A DNA stretch of 64,000 bases from Camelus dromedarius (taxonomy: Eukaryota). The stretch covers positions 118,484,001-118,548,000 of the forward strand of contig NC_087437.1 of assembly GCF_036321535.1 (NCBI RefSeq), written 5' to 3'. Position numbers and translations under genes: made by a program. Every line of letters starts with the position of its first letter. The first letter of the stretch is position 1. The notes beneath the pieces are model-generated. The model ran no database searches. It was not told where the DNA came from and saw only the letters and a list, made by a program, of their open reading frames with translations. Below are positions 1-11,481 of this stretch, piece by piece.

Positions 1-50
1 GTTAAAATGCCACATTTTATGTTACGTGTATTTTACCACAGTAAAAATTA
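1..50 (+). mobile_element. L1M (L1MA/MB-type) 3' terminal fragment
   Basis: TTAAAATG..ATTTTATGTTACGTGTATTTTACCACA resembles the old L1M 3' end; truncated by the window edge. Confidence 0.7.
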
Positions 51-777
51 ATCGCCATACACAGAGGGCAAACGGCACCAGTGAGACCAAGTGAAATGAA
101 GAGAGAACGATGCTTTCGAATTTAACGTGTGTGTAGCCCCCAATCTACTTAAATGCTCCGTGTGTCACTATTGAGGGGTGGTCTGCGTGCCCTGGACCAA
201 CATACTCCGGACCACCGAGGGGTCACAGTCGGTACCCCGGGATGGCCCCTGGGTGGGGAGGGGGATGAGGCAGAGGAAAGGAGGGCCAGGCCTCAGAGGG
301 CTGGGGCAGGCCTTGGTGATCAAGGTGCCCACCCTCCCTGCATGTCTCTGTCCCCCCTCTCAATCTGCCTCCTCACTCCCTCCAGGCTGTAAAGGAGAGG
401 CTCATGGTGACCCCGAAAATGGAGCTACAAAGGGCTTTGAAGAACGCAGTATGTCCAACCCCATTATATTAACGGCTCAGAGGGTGGAAAGGAGATTTGA
501 GAAAAGGGCTGAGATGCTCTGAACAGGAGAGGCATGGAGGTTGCAGACCCCACACAGTCACCCAAAGAAGATAATGCAAACAATGAAAACCAGAACCCAA
601 GAGGCCATGTTCTAAATAGGGGGGAAATGGGTCCTGGGGTGTGAACAGAGGGAAGACCAGCTTCTCCCTCCCTCCGTCTTCTTCTCTCCAGAAGAAAAGG
701 AAGCTTCATGAGAGGAGGGGAGGGGCGGGAAGGAGGAGGTGGGAGGGAGAAAAGGAGTGTAAAGAAAATGAAGTAGA

Positions 778-927
778 GGGGGAGGGTAGAGCTCAGTGGC
801 AGAGCGCATGCTTAGCAGTCATGAGGTCCTGGGTTCAATGCCCAGTACCTCCATTAAAATTTTTTAAATAAAATAAAAATAAACCTAATTACCTCCTTCC
901 AAAACTAAAAATTAAAAAAAAAAAAAG
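778..927 (+). mobile_element. Vic-1-type camelid tRNA-derived SINE, full length
   Basis: tRNA-like A/B-box head, AAACCTAATTACCTCC tail and polyA; perfect 17-bp TSD AAAGAAAATGAAGTAGA at 761-777 and 928-944. Confidence 0.92.
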
Positions 928-1122
928 AAAGAAAATGAAGTAGAAAAGTGGAACAGGCAAGAGGGACTGCTGATCTACCCAGAGCCCTGCAGTAAATCAG
1001 GCTGCTCTGTGCATCTAAGGTGAGGTGGAGGCCGAGAACCCAAGTTTGTCCTCGTTTCTGCAGAAGGTGGGACTAGGTTACAGAATCAGCAGAGACGCTA
1101 GCCTTACACTGTTGAAAGAGTA

Positions 1123-1168
1123 CGTGTGTGTTGTTTGCGTGTGTGTGTGTGTGTGTGCGCGCGCGCGC
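1123..1168. repeat. (TG)n-(CG)n compound microsatellite
   Basis: GTGTGT...GCGCGCGCGC visible directly. Confidence 0.9.
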
Positions 1169-2634
1169 ATGCACTGCACAGCCATTGGGGGTCCTTGTAG
1201 GCATTATATGTCAAAGGAAAAAGATAAACTATCAAACCAGCTCTCAGTTTATTCCTTCACTCACCGCAGCCTTCATTGTAAACTCTAAATTTAACATGTA
1301 ACCCCCCAAAACTATTTTTTTTAGAAAAGATAAGGGGTTATCTTTTTTTTTTAATCCAGGAGAAAATACGGTCCCCCAAAGACAAGTGAAAATGCCATGA
1401 ACACACCAAGGGAGGAAAACAGACGCTTGACGAGGACCTTCAGGAAAGACTTGACAAAATGTAACCAGTAGTCAGGAACTCAGAGAACACGGGAGATGCA
1501 AGGCTGTTCGTAAAAACCAAGGAGCTCGGGTGGCTTCAAGCACAGGCCCCGGGAGTCAGATACGAGAGCGGAATGAGGCCAGGCTGGGACGGCGGGCTGG
1601 GGCCGCAGCCCGGGGGCCCCTCTGTCCTCTGCTGGATCCCAAAGCAAGATCACTGGCAGATACTGGTAACACACAACATCGTGACAATGGAGGCCACTCT
1701 GAGGACCTAGGATGTGTCTGCTTGTTGCTGAGTGAAAAATCAATGAGAGAAGCCCTGAAAGCCTTAATTTCCCTGCAAAAGGACAGAGAAAGCCACAGTG
1801 CTTCTGTGAAGCAGTAAGGCGCAGACTGTCACCATTCTGTGCTTTAAAGTCCACTGAAAATACCATTTTCACGAAAAAAACTATGAAATGTGCTATCTTA
1901 CCCAGACTTAGACAACTTATCAAATCAGCATTTGATTTGTCAGTATTGATTCAGTGGTGGGGATAATAAAAAAGAAACCCTAAGAACATCAAGTCCTGCA
2001 GCAACCTCCTCTCTCTCTTCATGAAATGTTAGTGGGACTTTTTATGCATCTCATTCACCAGCGTTTAGTAGAGCGGGCCTCCCAGAAATGTTTGTTGTAA
2101 ATGCAATGATCCAATTAGAAATGTTACAGCAATCTTTGAGACAAGTGTAAAAAGACTGAGAAATTTTGAAGAAAGCAGAAAAATGTAGAAACCATCTGGA
2201 AATCTTAAATAGACGACAGTAATTATTCAGCTGTTTAGAAACAAGTCTTTAACAAGAAAACTCGAAGCTGGTCTCTCATTTTCTGCTAGAATAATTGTTT
2301 GTTTTTAAATCTTACAGCTTTGGGTTTTGCAATATCACCACCAGCCAGCCCACCCCCCGCCACCCTGGTGTGGACAGACTCCATATGCCAAGTGGCGGGG
2401 TCCACGTCCAGAGAACATCAAGATGAAGCTTGTTCTCAGCAGGCAGTTCACCCCCACACCGCTGCGAAGTATCTCCTTGGAATGACCCGCCTGCAGCCCT
2501 GCACCTGCAGGCCGGCTCCCACCCCCAGCTCCCAGCGCTGCTCTGTGTCCTCAGTGAGGAACCAGAGGGGTTCCAGCTTGTTGCTGATGTGACTGGAAAG
2601 AAGTCCGTCCATCTTCGGGCACGTCCCCCGCACC

Positions 2635-2689
2635 TGAGTCAAGGTAAGCCCTCCCACGGGTTGTTGAGTCAGCATGAGCCCCTGAGTCA
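2635..2689. promoter_or_regulatory. Cluster of three AP-1 sites, one in an ARE/MARE context
   Basis: TGAGTCA at 2635, 2665 (TGAGTCAGCA) and 2683 in unique sequence; function is inferred. Confidence 0.45.
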
Positions 2690-3071
2690 ACGCCCTAATT
2701 TGCTCTGTGCCTCATCAGCTTCCTACGGGCACTCCGTGGGCCCGGCTGCTTCTGCCTTGGAGCCCAGCCACGCTCAGGGAGGGCCTCCCACCCCCAGACC
2801 GTAGGTCCTGCGCTGGGCAGGCGCTCAGCCGTCTGCACCCAAACTCTTCTTGGGTTTGTGCTTTGTTCACGCCTGGGGATCCGTCTCTCCCCGACCTCCC
2901 TGCGCTGACAGTCCTCCATGCCGGGTGCTCTTGGATCAAACCTCAGCCATGACCCCAACTCGGTTCTGCCCAGCCTCCTCCCCGGGACGTTGTGCTGCCT
3001 CTGAGTCCCATCCACCACCAGGCCCTGGCCAGACAGATGCCCGTCCTCATTACGATTCTAATCCTTGCATC

Positions 3072-3929
3072 TTTTTTTTTTAAAGGATAATCATCATTTT
3101 TATTTTATGTATTGTTGAAGTATAGTTGATTTACAATGTTGTGTTAGTTTTGGTGTACAGTGTAGAGACTCAGTTATACATATATATTCTTTTTCATATT
3201 CTTTTTCGTTACAGGTTATTACAAGCTATTGAATACAGTTTTCTGTGCTATACAGTAAGACTTTGTTGTTGATCTATTCTGTATAAAGTAGTTTGCATCT
3301 GTTAATCCCAAACTCCTAATTTATCCCTCCCCTACCTTTCCTCTTTGGTAACCATGGTTTGTTTTCTATGTCTGTGAGTCTGTTTCTGTTTTGTAAGTAA
3401 GTTCACTAATTATTAGAGAAATGTGACTCAAAATGACAAGGAGGTGTCACCTCACACTGGTCAGAGTGGCCGTCACTAAAAAGTCCACATTACATTCCCA
3501 CCAACAGAGCAGGAGGGTTCCTTTTTCTCCACACCCTCTGCTGGGAATGTAATTTTGCTGTGGCCACTATGGAAAACAGTATAGAGATCCCTCAAAAACT
3601 AAACATAGACTTACCCTATGATCCAGCAATCCCACTACTGGGCATATATCTGGAGGAAACTAATTCAAAAATAAACATGCACCCCAGTGTTCATAGCAGC
3701 ACTATTTACAACAGCCAAGACATGGAAACAGCCTGAATGTCCATCAACAGGTGAATGGATAAAGAAATTGTGGTATACATACACAATGGAATATTACTTA
3801 GCCATGAAAAAGAATGGACTCATGTCATTTGCAGCAACATGGATGGACTTAGAGATAATTGTACTAAGTGAAGTAAGTCAGACAGAGACAGAAAAATGCC
3901 ATGTGATATCACTTATATGTGGAATCTAA
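3072..3929 (-). mobile_element. 5'-truncated, 5'-inverted L1 (cetartiodactyl-type 3' end)
   Basis: T-rich tail and L1 3'UTR on minus (~3098-3407), then ORF2 C-terminal sequence on plus (3408-3929; MFIAALFTTAKTWKQPECPSTGEWIKKLWY); degenerate TSD 3058-3071/3926-3939. Confidence 0.88.
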
Positions 3930-4212
3930 TGCCTACATCCTAATCCATCATGGTGTGACCAGCATACCCTCCTTCCTCAGAATTCTCTAGAAAGTCACCA
4001 CTTCACTTCCAGACAGAGTTCCTGACTCCAGTGCACCCTGAACCATCCAGTATTCCCCATTCTCCCTTCTATCTCATCTGGCCCATGCTCACCTCTTTTT
4101 GGTCTTCCTTGCCCATCAAGAACCCAATGGTTTGTAGAAGGGCCAAAGAAGGATGAAGAACAACTAGATGGCAGAGCTATCTTCTTAAAAATCTAAGCTG
4201 CAAGCTCACCCC

Positions 4213-4592
4213 TGCTTTAGGCAGCTCAGGCTGCCATTACAAAACCCCACAGGTTGAGGGGCTCAAACAAGAGAGATAAATTTTCTCACAGCCCTGGCGA
4301 CTAGAAGTCCAGTATCAAAGTGGCAGGGCTCCTTTGTCCGAGCCCGCGCGCTGGGCTTGCAGACGGCCGTCTTCGCCCTGTGCCCTCACGCGCGCTCCCT
4401 CTGTGTGCGCGTGTGTCCTAACCTCTTCTTAGAAGGACCGCCGCCAGGCGGGTCAGGCCCTCTTCTAACAGCCTCATTTTAATTTAACTTCTTCTTTAAA
4501 GGCTCCAGCTCCAAATACGGTCACAGTCCGAGGTACCAGGAGTCTGAGCTTCAACATATGAACTTCCAAGGGGCACAACTCAGCCGGTAACA
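4213..4592 (-). mobile_element. MaLR solo LTR (MLT1A/B-like)
   Basis: GGCTGCCATTACAAAA..TTCTCACAG..CTAGAAGTCC..CTTCAACATATGAA..ACAACTCAGCC motifs; TG..CA ends; ACCCC/GCCCC flanks. Confidence 0.85.
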
Positions 4593-5309
4593 GCCCCCAG
4601 TAAACCGTCATGAAAAAGTAAAGTGCTGTCCTCGTCAGACTGGGCCCCGGGCCGTGCAGCTGGGGGGCCGCCATGGCACAGGTTAGATGCGGCATGACTT
4701 GGAGAGCCCGCTGTGCTTCACGCTGTGCTCTGCCTAGAAAAAAATGTAAATCAACAGAGTTTGAGAAGAATTAAAATTTCAAGGAAAATTGAAGACCCAG
4801 GACTTCAAAACAAAATCTGACTCGGCCTCAGACCATCTTGGGCTGCATTCTTAGACCGACCAGTGGTATAAATTCTCCTTTTCCTCCTGCAGAGGTACGC
4901 TGGGGGGGGGGGGAAGCTGGAGGAGCCCTGAGCCCTCATTACCAGCTTCCCCATGTCTTGAGCAAAACAAAGTTTCAGCAGCTCCCTGCCGTGTGCATGC
5001 TGTTGAAGGCTTGTTGGGCTAGAAACATGCTGAAATTTTTCTACTCAGGCAGAGTTCATGTCTTAAATCATATCCCCAGGGTGCAGTTAATTCATTTTAA
5101 TTGATTGGAGGAAGCTTTTTAAACTTTCTGCAGCACTCCATCCAAGAGGGAGGTTGCAGGTGGCAGCAGAGTGTGCCGACTCTGGCTGAGAGAGGCACGT
5201 TTCTGCACATGTCTGTGGTGAGATGAGACGGGAGCTCCCCGCAAGAGAGCGCCCCCAAGTAAATTTTGTTACAACTGATACCCATGCTTAAAAAAAAAAA
5301 TAGTTTGGG

Positions 5310-6330
5310 TGAATACACACTACCTGAAAATTTTAAATTATTAATAGATATTAATGACCTGAATAAATGGGGATCTGTACATATTCCTGGTAGAAATTTA
5401 TACAAGAGTGTACCTAATATAGCAAGTACACCAATTAACCAACTTAATGTAGAAGATATGCCAATTCTTCCTGAATTAATCTGTATTTTCAATGCAATCC
5501 TAATCAACATTCCAGCTGGATTTAAAAAATAATTTCCATATACTAATTCTAAAATTTATATGAAGGAATAAAGATCCATGAATAGCTAAGTTGATTTTGA
5601 AAATGAAAAACAAAGGTGAGGATCAGGCTGGATTTGACTCGAACTAACGATAGAGATAAAAGCAATACGGTTCTTGGACAGATTTAGACAAAGAGACCAA
5701 GGAACCACGTGCAGGAGCTTGGCGGTGGTCCCACGCCAGCACCGTGAGGCAAGGGGGGAAGAGGGAACTGTTTAGTAGATGACATGCAAGAAACTGAATT
5801 ACTGGGGAGAAAATAAAGCTGATACCATCCCAAGCTGTAAACTCCAGACAGTTTAAAAGCCTGAAAATTGAAAAGAATTGCAAAGATGTAGGAATACATC
5901 GTTACAACTCAAAATCAGCACAAGACTTTTTAAACAAGAAACAAAAAAGAATATACCATGACGTACTTTGTGAGTGGATCAATCTGACTACATCAAAATT
6001 AGAGCCTTTTGTTCAGTAACGAACACCAAGAAGCTACAGAGAGATGACAGACTAGGAGAAGGTGTTTGCCACATCAAAATCAGCAGCATATTACCATCTA
6101 GAACGTACAAGGACTCTTGTAAATCAACGAAAAAGAAAGTCCTATAGAGAATTGGAGCTCTATAGAAAAAAACCATGAATAAGCAATTATAGAAAGATGT
6201 GTGTAAATGGTATTAAAATAACACAGATTAAACCACAATGAGAGGTCACTTTACAAGCATGGTGAGTATTATCAAGAGCTGGAAGAGATGTGGAGACAAA
6301 CCTTCCTGTCCTGCATTGCTTGTTCTGCAA
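5310..6330 (+). mobile_element. Ancient L1M(E) ORF2 fragment
   Basis: Translation DLNKW...ILPELICIFNAILINIPAGF resembles L1 ORF2 (DLNKW...ILPKLIYRFNAIPIKIP); A-rich, many stops. Confidence 0.8.
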
Positions 6331-6599
6331 GATGCATGACCATTCAAGAACATGCAGTGCACACTTTGGAGCGGCTGTGAGAGAGGGGGGAGGAAGGGGG
6401 AGCTGGCATAAGGGGAGGGGGTAGCAAATAAAGATGAACCTCACACTCAGCCACGGGGAGACCCTGCCATGAGCTCACATACATACAGCGACCCCACCTC
6501 TGCCACAGGGGAGCCAAAGAACACCACCTATGTTACCCTGTGGAAATCACATGCATGACTGGCAGACATCAACGACATAAAAGCTTCCTTAATTATGAG

Positions 6600-6975
6600 T
6601 GTCAGAGACTAGCTAGCTACATACCAAGTCCCTGTGTGCCTTCCTGGGCACGTGGACAATCTCCACTTTCCAACCTCCTTTTCAGTTTGCTTGGGACCAT
6701 GTGACTAGTCTCCGATCAATGAATGTAGGTGCAATGTCACTTCCATCTGGCCCCTAAAGCATCCCATGGGACCTTCCATGCCCATCTGTCCCAACCATGA
6801 TGCCACATACAAAGGCAGAGCCACTGATGAAAGAAACCTGGGCTCTTCAATTGGCATTTGGGGGAGAACACTCAAGAAAGCCACCTGACCCCAGCAGCCT
6901 CCCGTGAGCAGGAAATAAGCCTGAGTTAAGCCGCTGGGGTTTGGGGTTGGTTTGCTTCAGCCTAGCCGGGCTAGA
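6600..6975 (+). mobile_element. Old MaLR LTR (MLT1J/K-like)
   Basis: GGACCATGTGACTAG, GTCACTTCC and GAAATAA..GTTAAGCCGCTG..TTTGGGGTTGGTTTG motifs. Confidence 0.6.
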
Positions 6976-7907
6976 GTGGGAATCCATCAGACATAGTTTG
7001 AGCCTCTCCACCGAAAATAAATAAGGCAAATATGCTTACCTGGCACCAGGTGAGGTTGAAATCATGAGACTCGGGTTCAGAAGTGATGAAGTTGAAGAGA
7101 AATTAGCATACGATTCTTAGGAAATAACCTAGAAATGTCCCTGTCTTCACTCCACAGGAGCACAACGGCATGCCAGAAGTCCTCGTTCATGGAGCCCGTG
7201 CCTCTGAGGCTGAATACAGCACAGAAGTGTCTGCTAAGCCAGTCTTCCTCCATAATCCTCTCACGCTTTCTCCAGAGAAGCAGAACTTCCAGAGAAACAT
7301 GGGAAGCAGGAGTCCCAGCGAGCATGCCCGTCCTCCGCCTCAGGCGCAGCAGCTCAGGCTAATTCTCAGTCCTGGACTCGGGGTGAGTCTGGGTGCTGGA
7401 CACTCAGCTTTCAGCCTGAGGGACATTCACAAACTTGCACCGACAAACGTGGGGCCTCCCCTAGAGAGGGCTCTCACATCACCTCCTAAAGCAGTTATCT
7501 TTATGCTACCGTGCATTGTTTTAAAATGTTAATGAACTACCAGATCATTTTTGACAGTTACACTGTATAAGAAAATGCCCCTTATAGGCCATATAGCTGC
7601 GGGAGTTTTCCCTTATTTATTATCATCCAAGTCTCGTAGATCACAGTCATGTCTTTATTTGCTCCGCATCCTAATCACGACCTTCTCTTTGCGCACCCCA
7701 GTTAGCGTCTCTGGAAAGATCGATGAAGCTCTAAAATTGGATTCTGAAATTATGGAGGTTGGCACATGACACCAGAACTGCAAAGTCACTGTGGTGCCAT
7801 GACCCCTCGGGACGTGTGTGGCTCAGAAAGGCTGCACTGCTGTGGTGCCCTGGCCTTTAGGCATCACCTTCAAAGTGGTGAACTTCACATCTCACAGAAC
7901 CACAGAT

Positions 7908-7981
7908 CTATACACCAGAAACTAGCACATCATTGTGAATCAACTCCACTTCAATTAAAAATTAATTAATTAAAAAAAAAA
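7908..7981 (+). mobile_element. Very short L1 3' end with polyA
   Basis: TACACCAGAAACTAGCACATCATTGTGAATCAACT..CTTCAATTAAAA. Confidence 0.75.
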
Positions 7982-8354
7982 TCACAAACCAGAACATTAG
8001 CCTTTTGGTAAGTGGTCTATTGCTCAAAAACCACTATGATAAAAATAAGGCAAAATGAGTCCCAGGAATGTGCCCCTCAGTGATGCTGGCAACCAAATCT
8101 ACATGTGCAGCTGAAGCCCTGCCTTCCTTTAAGTGACTGGCGCTTCCTACGTAAAGCCTAATCCACAATTTGGAGCCCAAACTATGACAAGTCCTGGCCT
8201 CTCATCGTGCCTTGCACTTCAGTTATAGACCTCTTTATTTTGTCTGTGTCACAAACTGCATCTTGCCCACCGAAGTCTAATCCATCCTCCCCTTTGTCCA
8301 CAGAACTAGAGTTATAGGGCCGGGGGAGGGGGCGGGGCAGGGGACTGACGTCAG

Positions 8355-8735
8355 GCAGTCAGAGAAAGACAAATATTATATATTATATGATATCTCATAT
8401 ACATGGAATCTAAAAAATAATACAAATGAATATATTTACAAAACAGAAACAGACTCACAGACATAGAAAACAAACTCATGGTTACCTAAGGGGAAAGCAG
8501 GTGTGTGGGGGCGGGGAATAAGCCAGGAGTATGGGATTAACAGATACACACCTATTATATATAAAACAGATAAACAGCAAACATTCACTTTATGGCACAG
8601 GGAAGTGTATTTCACTACCACCTTGGAATAACCTATAACGGAAAATAATCGGAAAAAAAAAATTATATATGTATCGCTGAATCACTTTACCTGAAACGAA
8701 CACAGTATTTTAAATCAACTATACTTTAATTAAAT
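8355..8735 (+). mobile_element. 5'-truncated L1 3'UTR (cetartiodactyl type)
   Basis: AGTCAGAGAAAGACAAATA..GGAATCTAAAAA..ACAGACTCACAGACATAGAAAACAAACTCATGGTTACC..AATCAACTATACTT. Confidence 0.88.
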
Positions 8736-8806
8736 ATACATAAATATATATTTTTACATGTATCTATTTATGTAAAATCTGCCAAATAAGCTCAGTGAGG
8801 AAGTTT

Positions 8807-8883
8807 TACATTGAACCTTATAAAACTTCCACTTTGTAGGTCAAAAAGGCTGAATATTAGCAATTTAATATGATTCAGCATAT
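8807..8883. mobile_element. MADE2-like Mariner-derived MITE
   Basis: TTGAACCTTATAAAACTTCC..TTTGTAGGTCAAAAAGG..GAATATTAGCAATTTAATATGATTCAGC; ~80-bp degenerate palindrome. Confidence 0.7.
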
Positions 8884-8975
8884 TGTTTATTTTATGCATC
8901 TCCACTTCCCAGCATCTAGCCCATACTTTGCATATGGTAGATTCTCAGTTCATGTTTTATCAAATAAATAAGTAG
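8884..8975 (+). mobile_element. L2 3' end fragment
   Basis: CCCAGCATCTAGC..CATATGGTAG..CTCAG..AAATAAATAA resembles the L2 tail. Confidence 0.55.
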
Positions 8976-9041
8976 CAAAATATTTAATACAAAAATAGAA
9001 AGAAAAAAAAAACCTGCCTAAACCCCTCAGCTTCCTGTTAG

Positions 9042-9498
9042 ACTATTAGTTTCCTGTGCCTGTTGTAGCAGATCACCAAAACCTTGGTGGCTTTCAACCA
9101 CACAAACTGATGTTCTAGTAGTTCTGGGGGCCAGAAGTGTGGCCCCGGCATCACTGGGCTGAAGTTCTGCTGCTGGCAGGGCAGCGCTCCCTCTGAAGTG
9201 TCTGGGGGACGATCTGTCTTTCCCCTCTTCCAGCTGCTGGGGGCTGCCCGCCTTCCTTGGCTTGTGGCCACATCACTCTAACTTCAGCCTCCCTGGTTGC
9301 ATGGCCTTCTCCTCTCCCTGTGTCGAGCCTCCTGCTGCCACTCTCTTACAAGGACACCTAGCAGATAACCCAGGGTACTCTCCCCACCTCAGGGCCCTTA
9401 ACCTAATCGTCTCTGTGAAGTGTGCCACGTAAGGGAACAGTCAGAGGTACCAGAGCTCAGGAGGCAGACATCTCATGGGGCCACTACTCAGCCCACCA
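9042..9498 (-). mobile_element. MaLR solo LTR (MLT1B/C-like)
   Basis: ATTAGTTTCCT..CACCAAAACCTTGGTGGCTT..CTTCCTTGGCTTGTGGCCACATCACT..GGGGCCACTACTCAGCC. Confidence 0.8.
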
Positions 9499-11481
9499 GG
9501 GTCAGGGCAGAAATTTCCAAGAGTGCAGGTGGGAGCATGTTTGGGAGCAGCAGGCAGAGTCTGACAAGCTGGAAGAGAAACCACATCCTGGTGAGAGACT
9601 GTCAGACAAGCCTGGAGGCAGGGCTGCCTGCCGGCTCTCGGGTCCCCTGCTCACCCTGGTGACTTCTGTTGCTCAGGCCAGTGTCCCTGCGCTCACTCCA
9701 CGACCCCAGGAACCCCGAGGAGAGTCTGGTGATGGTCTGGTCTTCTGGACAGCTGAGTGGATGCTTCCTTCACTACTCAGTTTTCTCAACATCTCTGTTC
9801 TGTACAAAGCCCAGAACTGCAGGCAATAAGCAAGAGTTGTCATTGCTCCTTATTATTTGAGGGACAATATGACAAGCTTTGGTTAATGGATGACCCAGTG
9901 CCAAGGACACACGATGATATGGGGGGAAAAGTCAGATGACATGGAGCTGAGTATGCTTTGCTGACTAACATTCCCTTAACTTCTCCCCCCCCCCTTAACC
10001 AGTGGCTTACATTTTGGCCATTTCATTCTCTTCATACCTCTACAATAATCACCATCTTTAAGCACCCACCATGTGCCAAGAATGATTATGTGAAGATGAT
10101 TCAGATGCCTGTGAAATCTTGATGCCTAGCAGGACATCTTGTGCCTAACAGTCTGTGGGCATCCCCAGCTTTCATCCTGGCAGGAGCGTCGCGCCTCCGA
10201 CAACGTACCTCCAACACCCTCAGCCTGAGAAACTACGGCTTGTGTCTGACTCTGAGAGCCTCCTAACGCGCATCCACCCGCTCGATGTCTGTGAAGACTT
10301 CCGCAAAGGGTGGGAACCAGGTCTGGCTACGCAGGATGTATCCGCCACTGTAAGGAAGAAAGAGCAGGTAATTTTCGCAGTGAAGCTTATCGATTGTAAG
10401 ACTCTTCAGTTTCTGGATCATGATCATACTGATTCAAGCAAGGAACTTCTGAATCAGGCATGAAATGCAAGGGATATTGAGAAGGGTGAATAAGAATCAC
10501 TTGAACATGAAAGTCAAGAGAGGATCTGTTTCTGCGGGGCTCGCCAGGAAAGCGCCGAGACGCTAGGAAGGGGGCAGCCTCCGCAGGGCGGGCTTCAGCA
10601 GCAGCTGGGAGGTTCTCCCTATGTGCGCGGGCGTGAGGGCGAGAGGTTAAGAGGAAACATATGGTGGAAGATTAGACACGTCCTTTTCATCCCCAGTTGT
10701 CCTGCTGCCCCTGCTGTAATTACATGCCATCAGATTGAAAGGCCACCAGATGTTCACGGGCTAAGCCAGGAATTACCCACTTGGCCACTAGCTTAGTGAA
10801 CGCACGCTCTGGCCAGAAGGGCAGAGCTGCATTTAAATGAAACAAGATGGAAGCACTGATAGATTGGGTCAGCGAGAAAACTGAGGTAAACCAGAACTTT
10901 AATAACCGTTTTCTTCCCAAGAGAACCACCGCACCTGGACCACATGAAGTCAGTAAAGACACCTGTTGGGATCTACCCAACAAACTCTCTCTGCTCTTTT
11001 GCGCTCAGAGAATTCCCACTGACTTTTATCTTGGGGGATGAAGTATCTCCGAAGTCATTTTTTTTCTTGATGCTCCAGTACGTAAGTCATTTCTTCCATA
11101 AAAGTTAAAAAAGCAAAAACCAAATTTTCTCTCTCCTTCCTTTAAAGAGAAGATGCAGTCAATAAAAAGAGCCTTTCTTACCCTTGCTTCATTGATTTTC
11201 ATGATTGTCTCCAGGAGATGACTTTAAATCTGGATACTCGGCAGAGGGGATACCTCCCCAAAACTGTGAGTGACAACCGAGGTAGACAGGTCTACCTAGT
11301 TGTATTCCGCCTGATTTTAAAGCTTCATGTTATCATGAAACTGCTTCAAGTTATGTTCATACTGTCAAGGGTCTGATTCTGATTGATCTGGAGTGAAATC
11401 CCATTAACTGAAAGGTCCTTCCAGCAGACACAGCCTAGATGCTCAACATGGGCTGCTCCTGACTCAGGATCTTCTTGTGTT

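Noticed and set aside
778..855. tRNA gene (also at 22.1, 40.2, 49.8 and 52.0 kb)
   Set aside because: tRNA-derived SINE heads with SINE tail, polyA and in most cases TSDs
3687..3929. 80-aa ORF with real protein similarity
   Set aside because: C-terminal L1 ORF2 remnant, not a host gene
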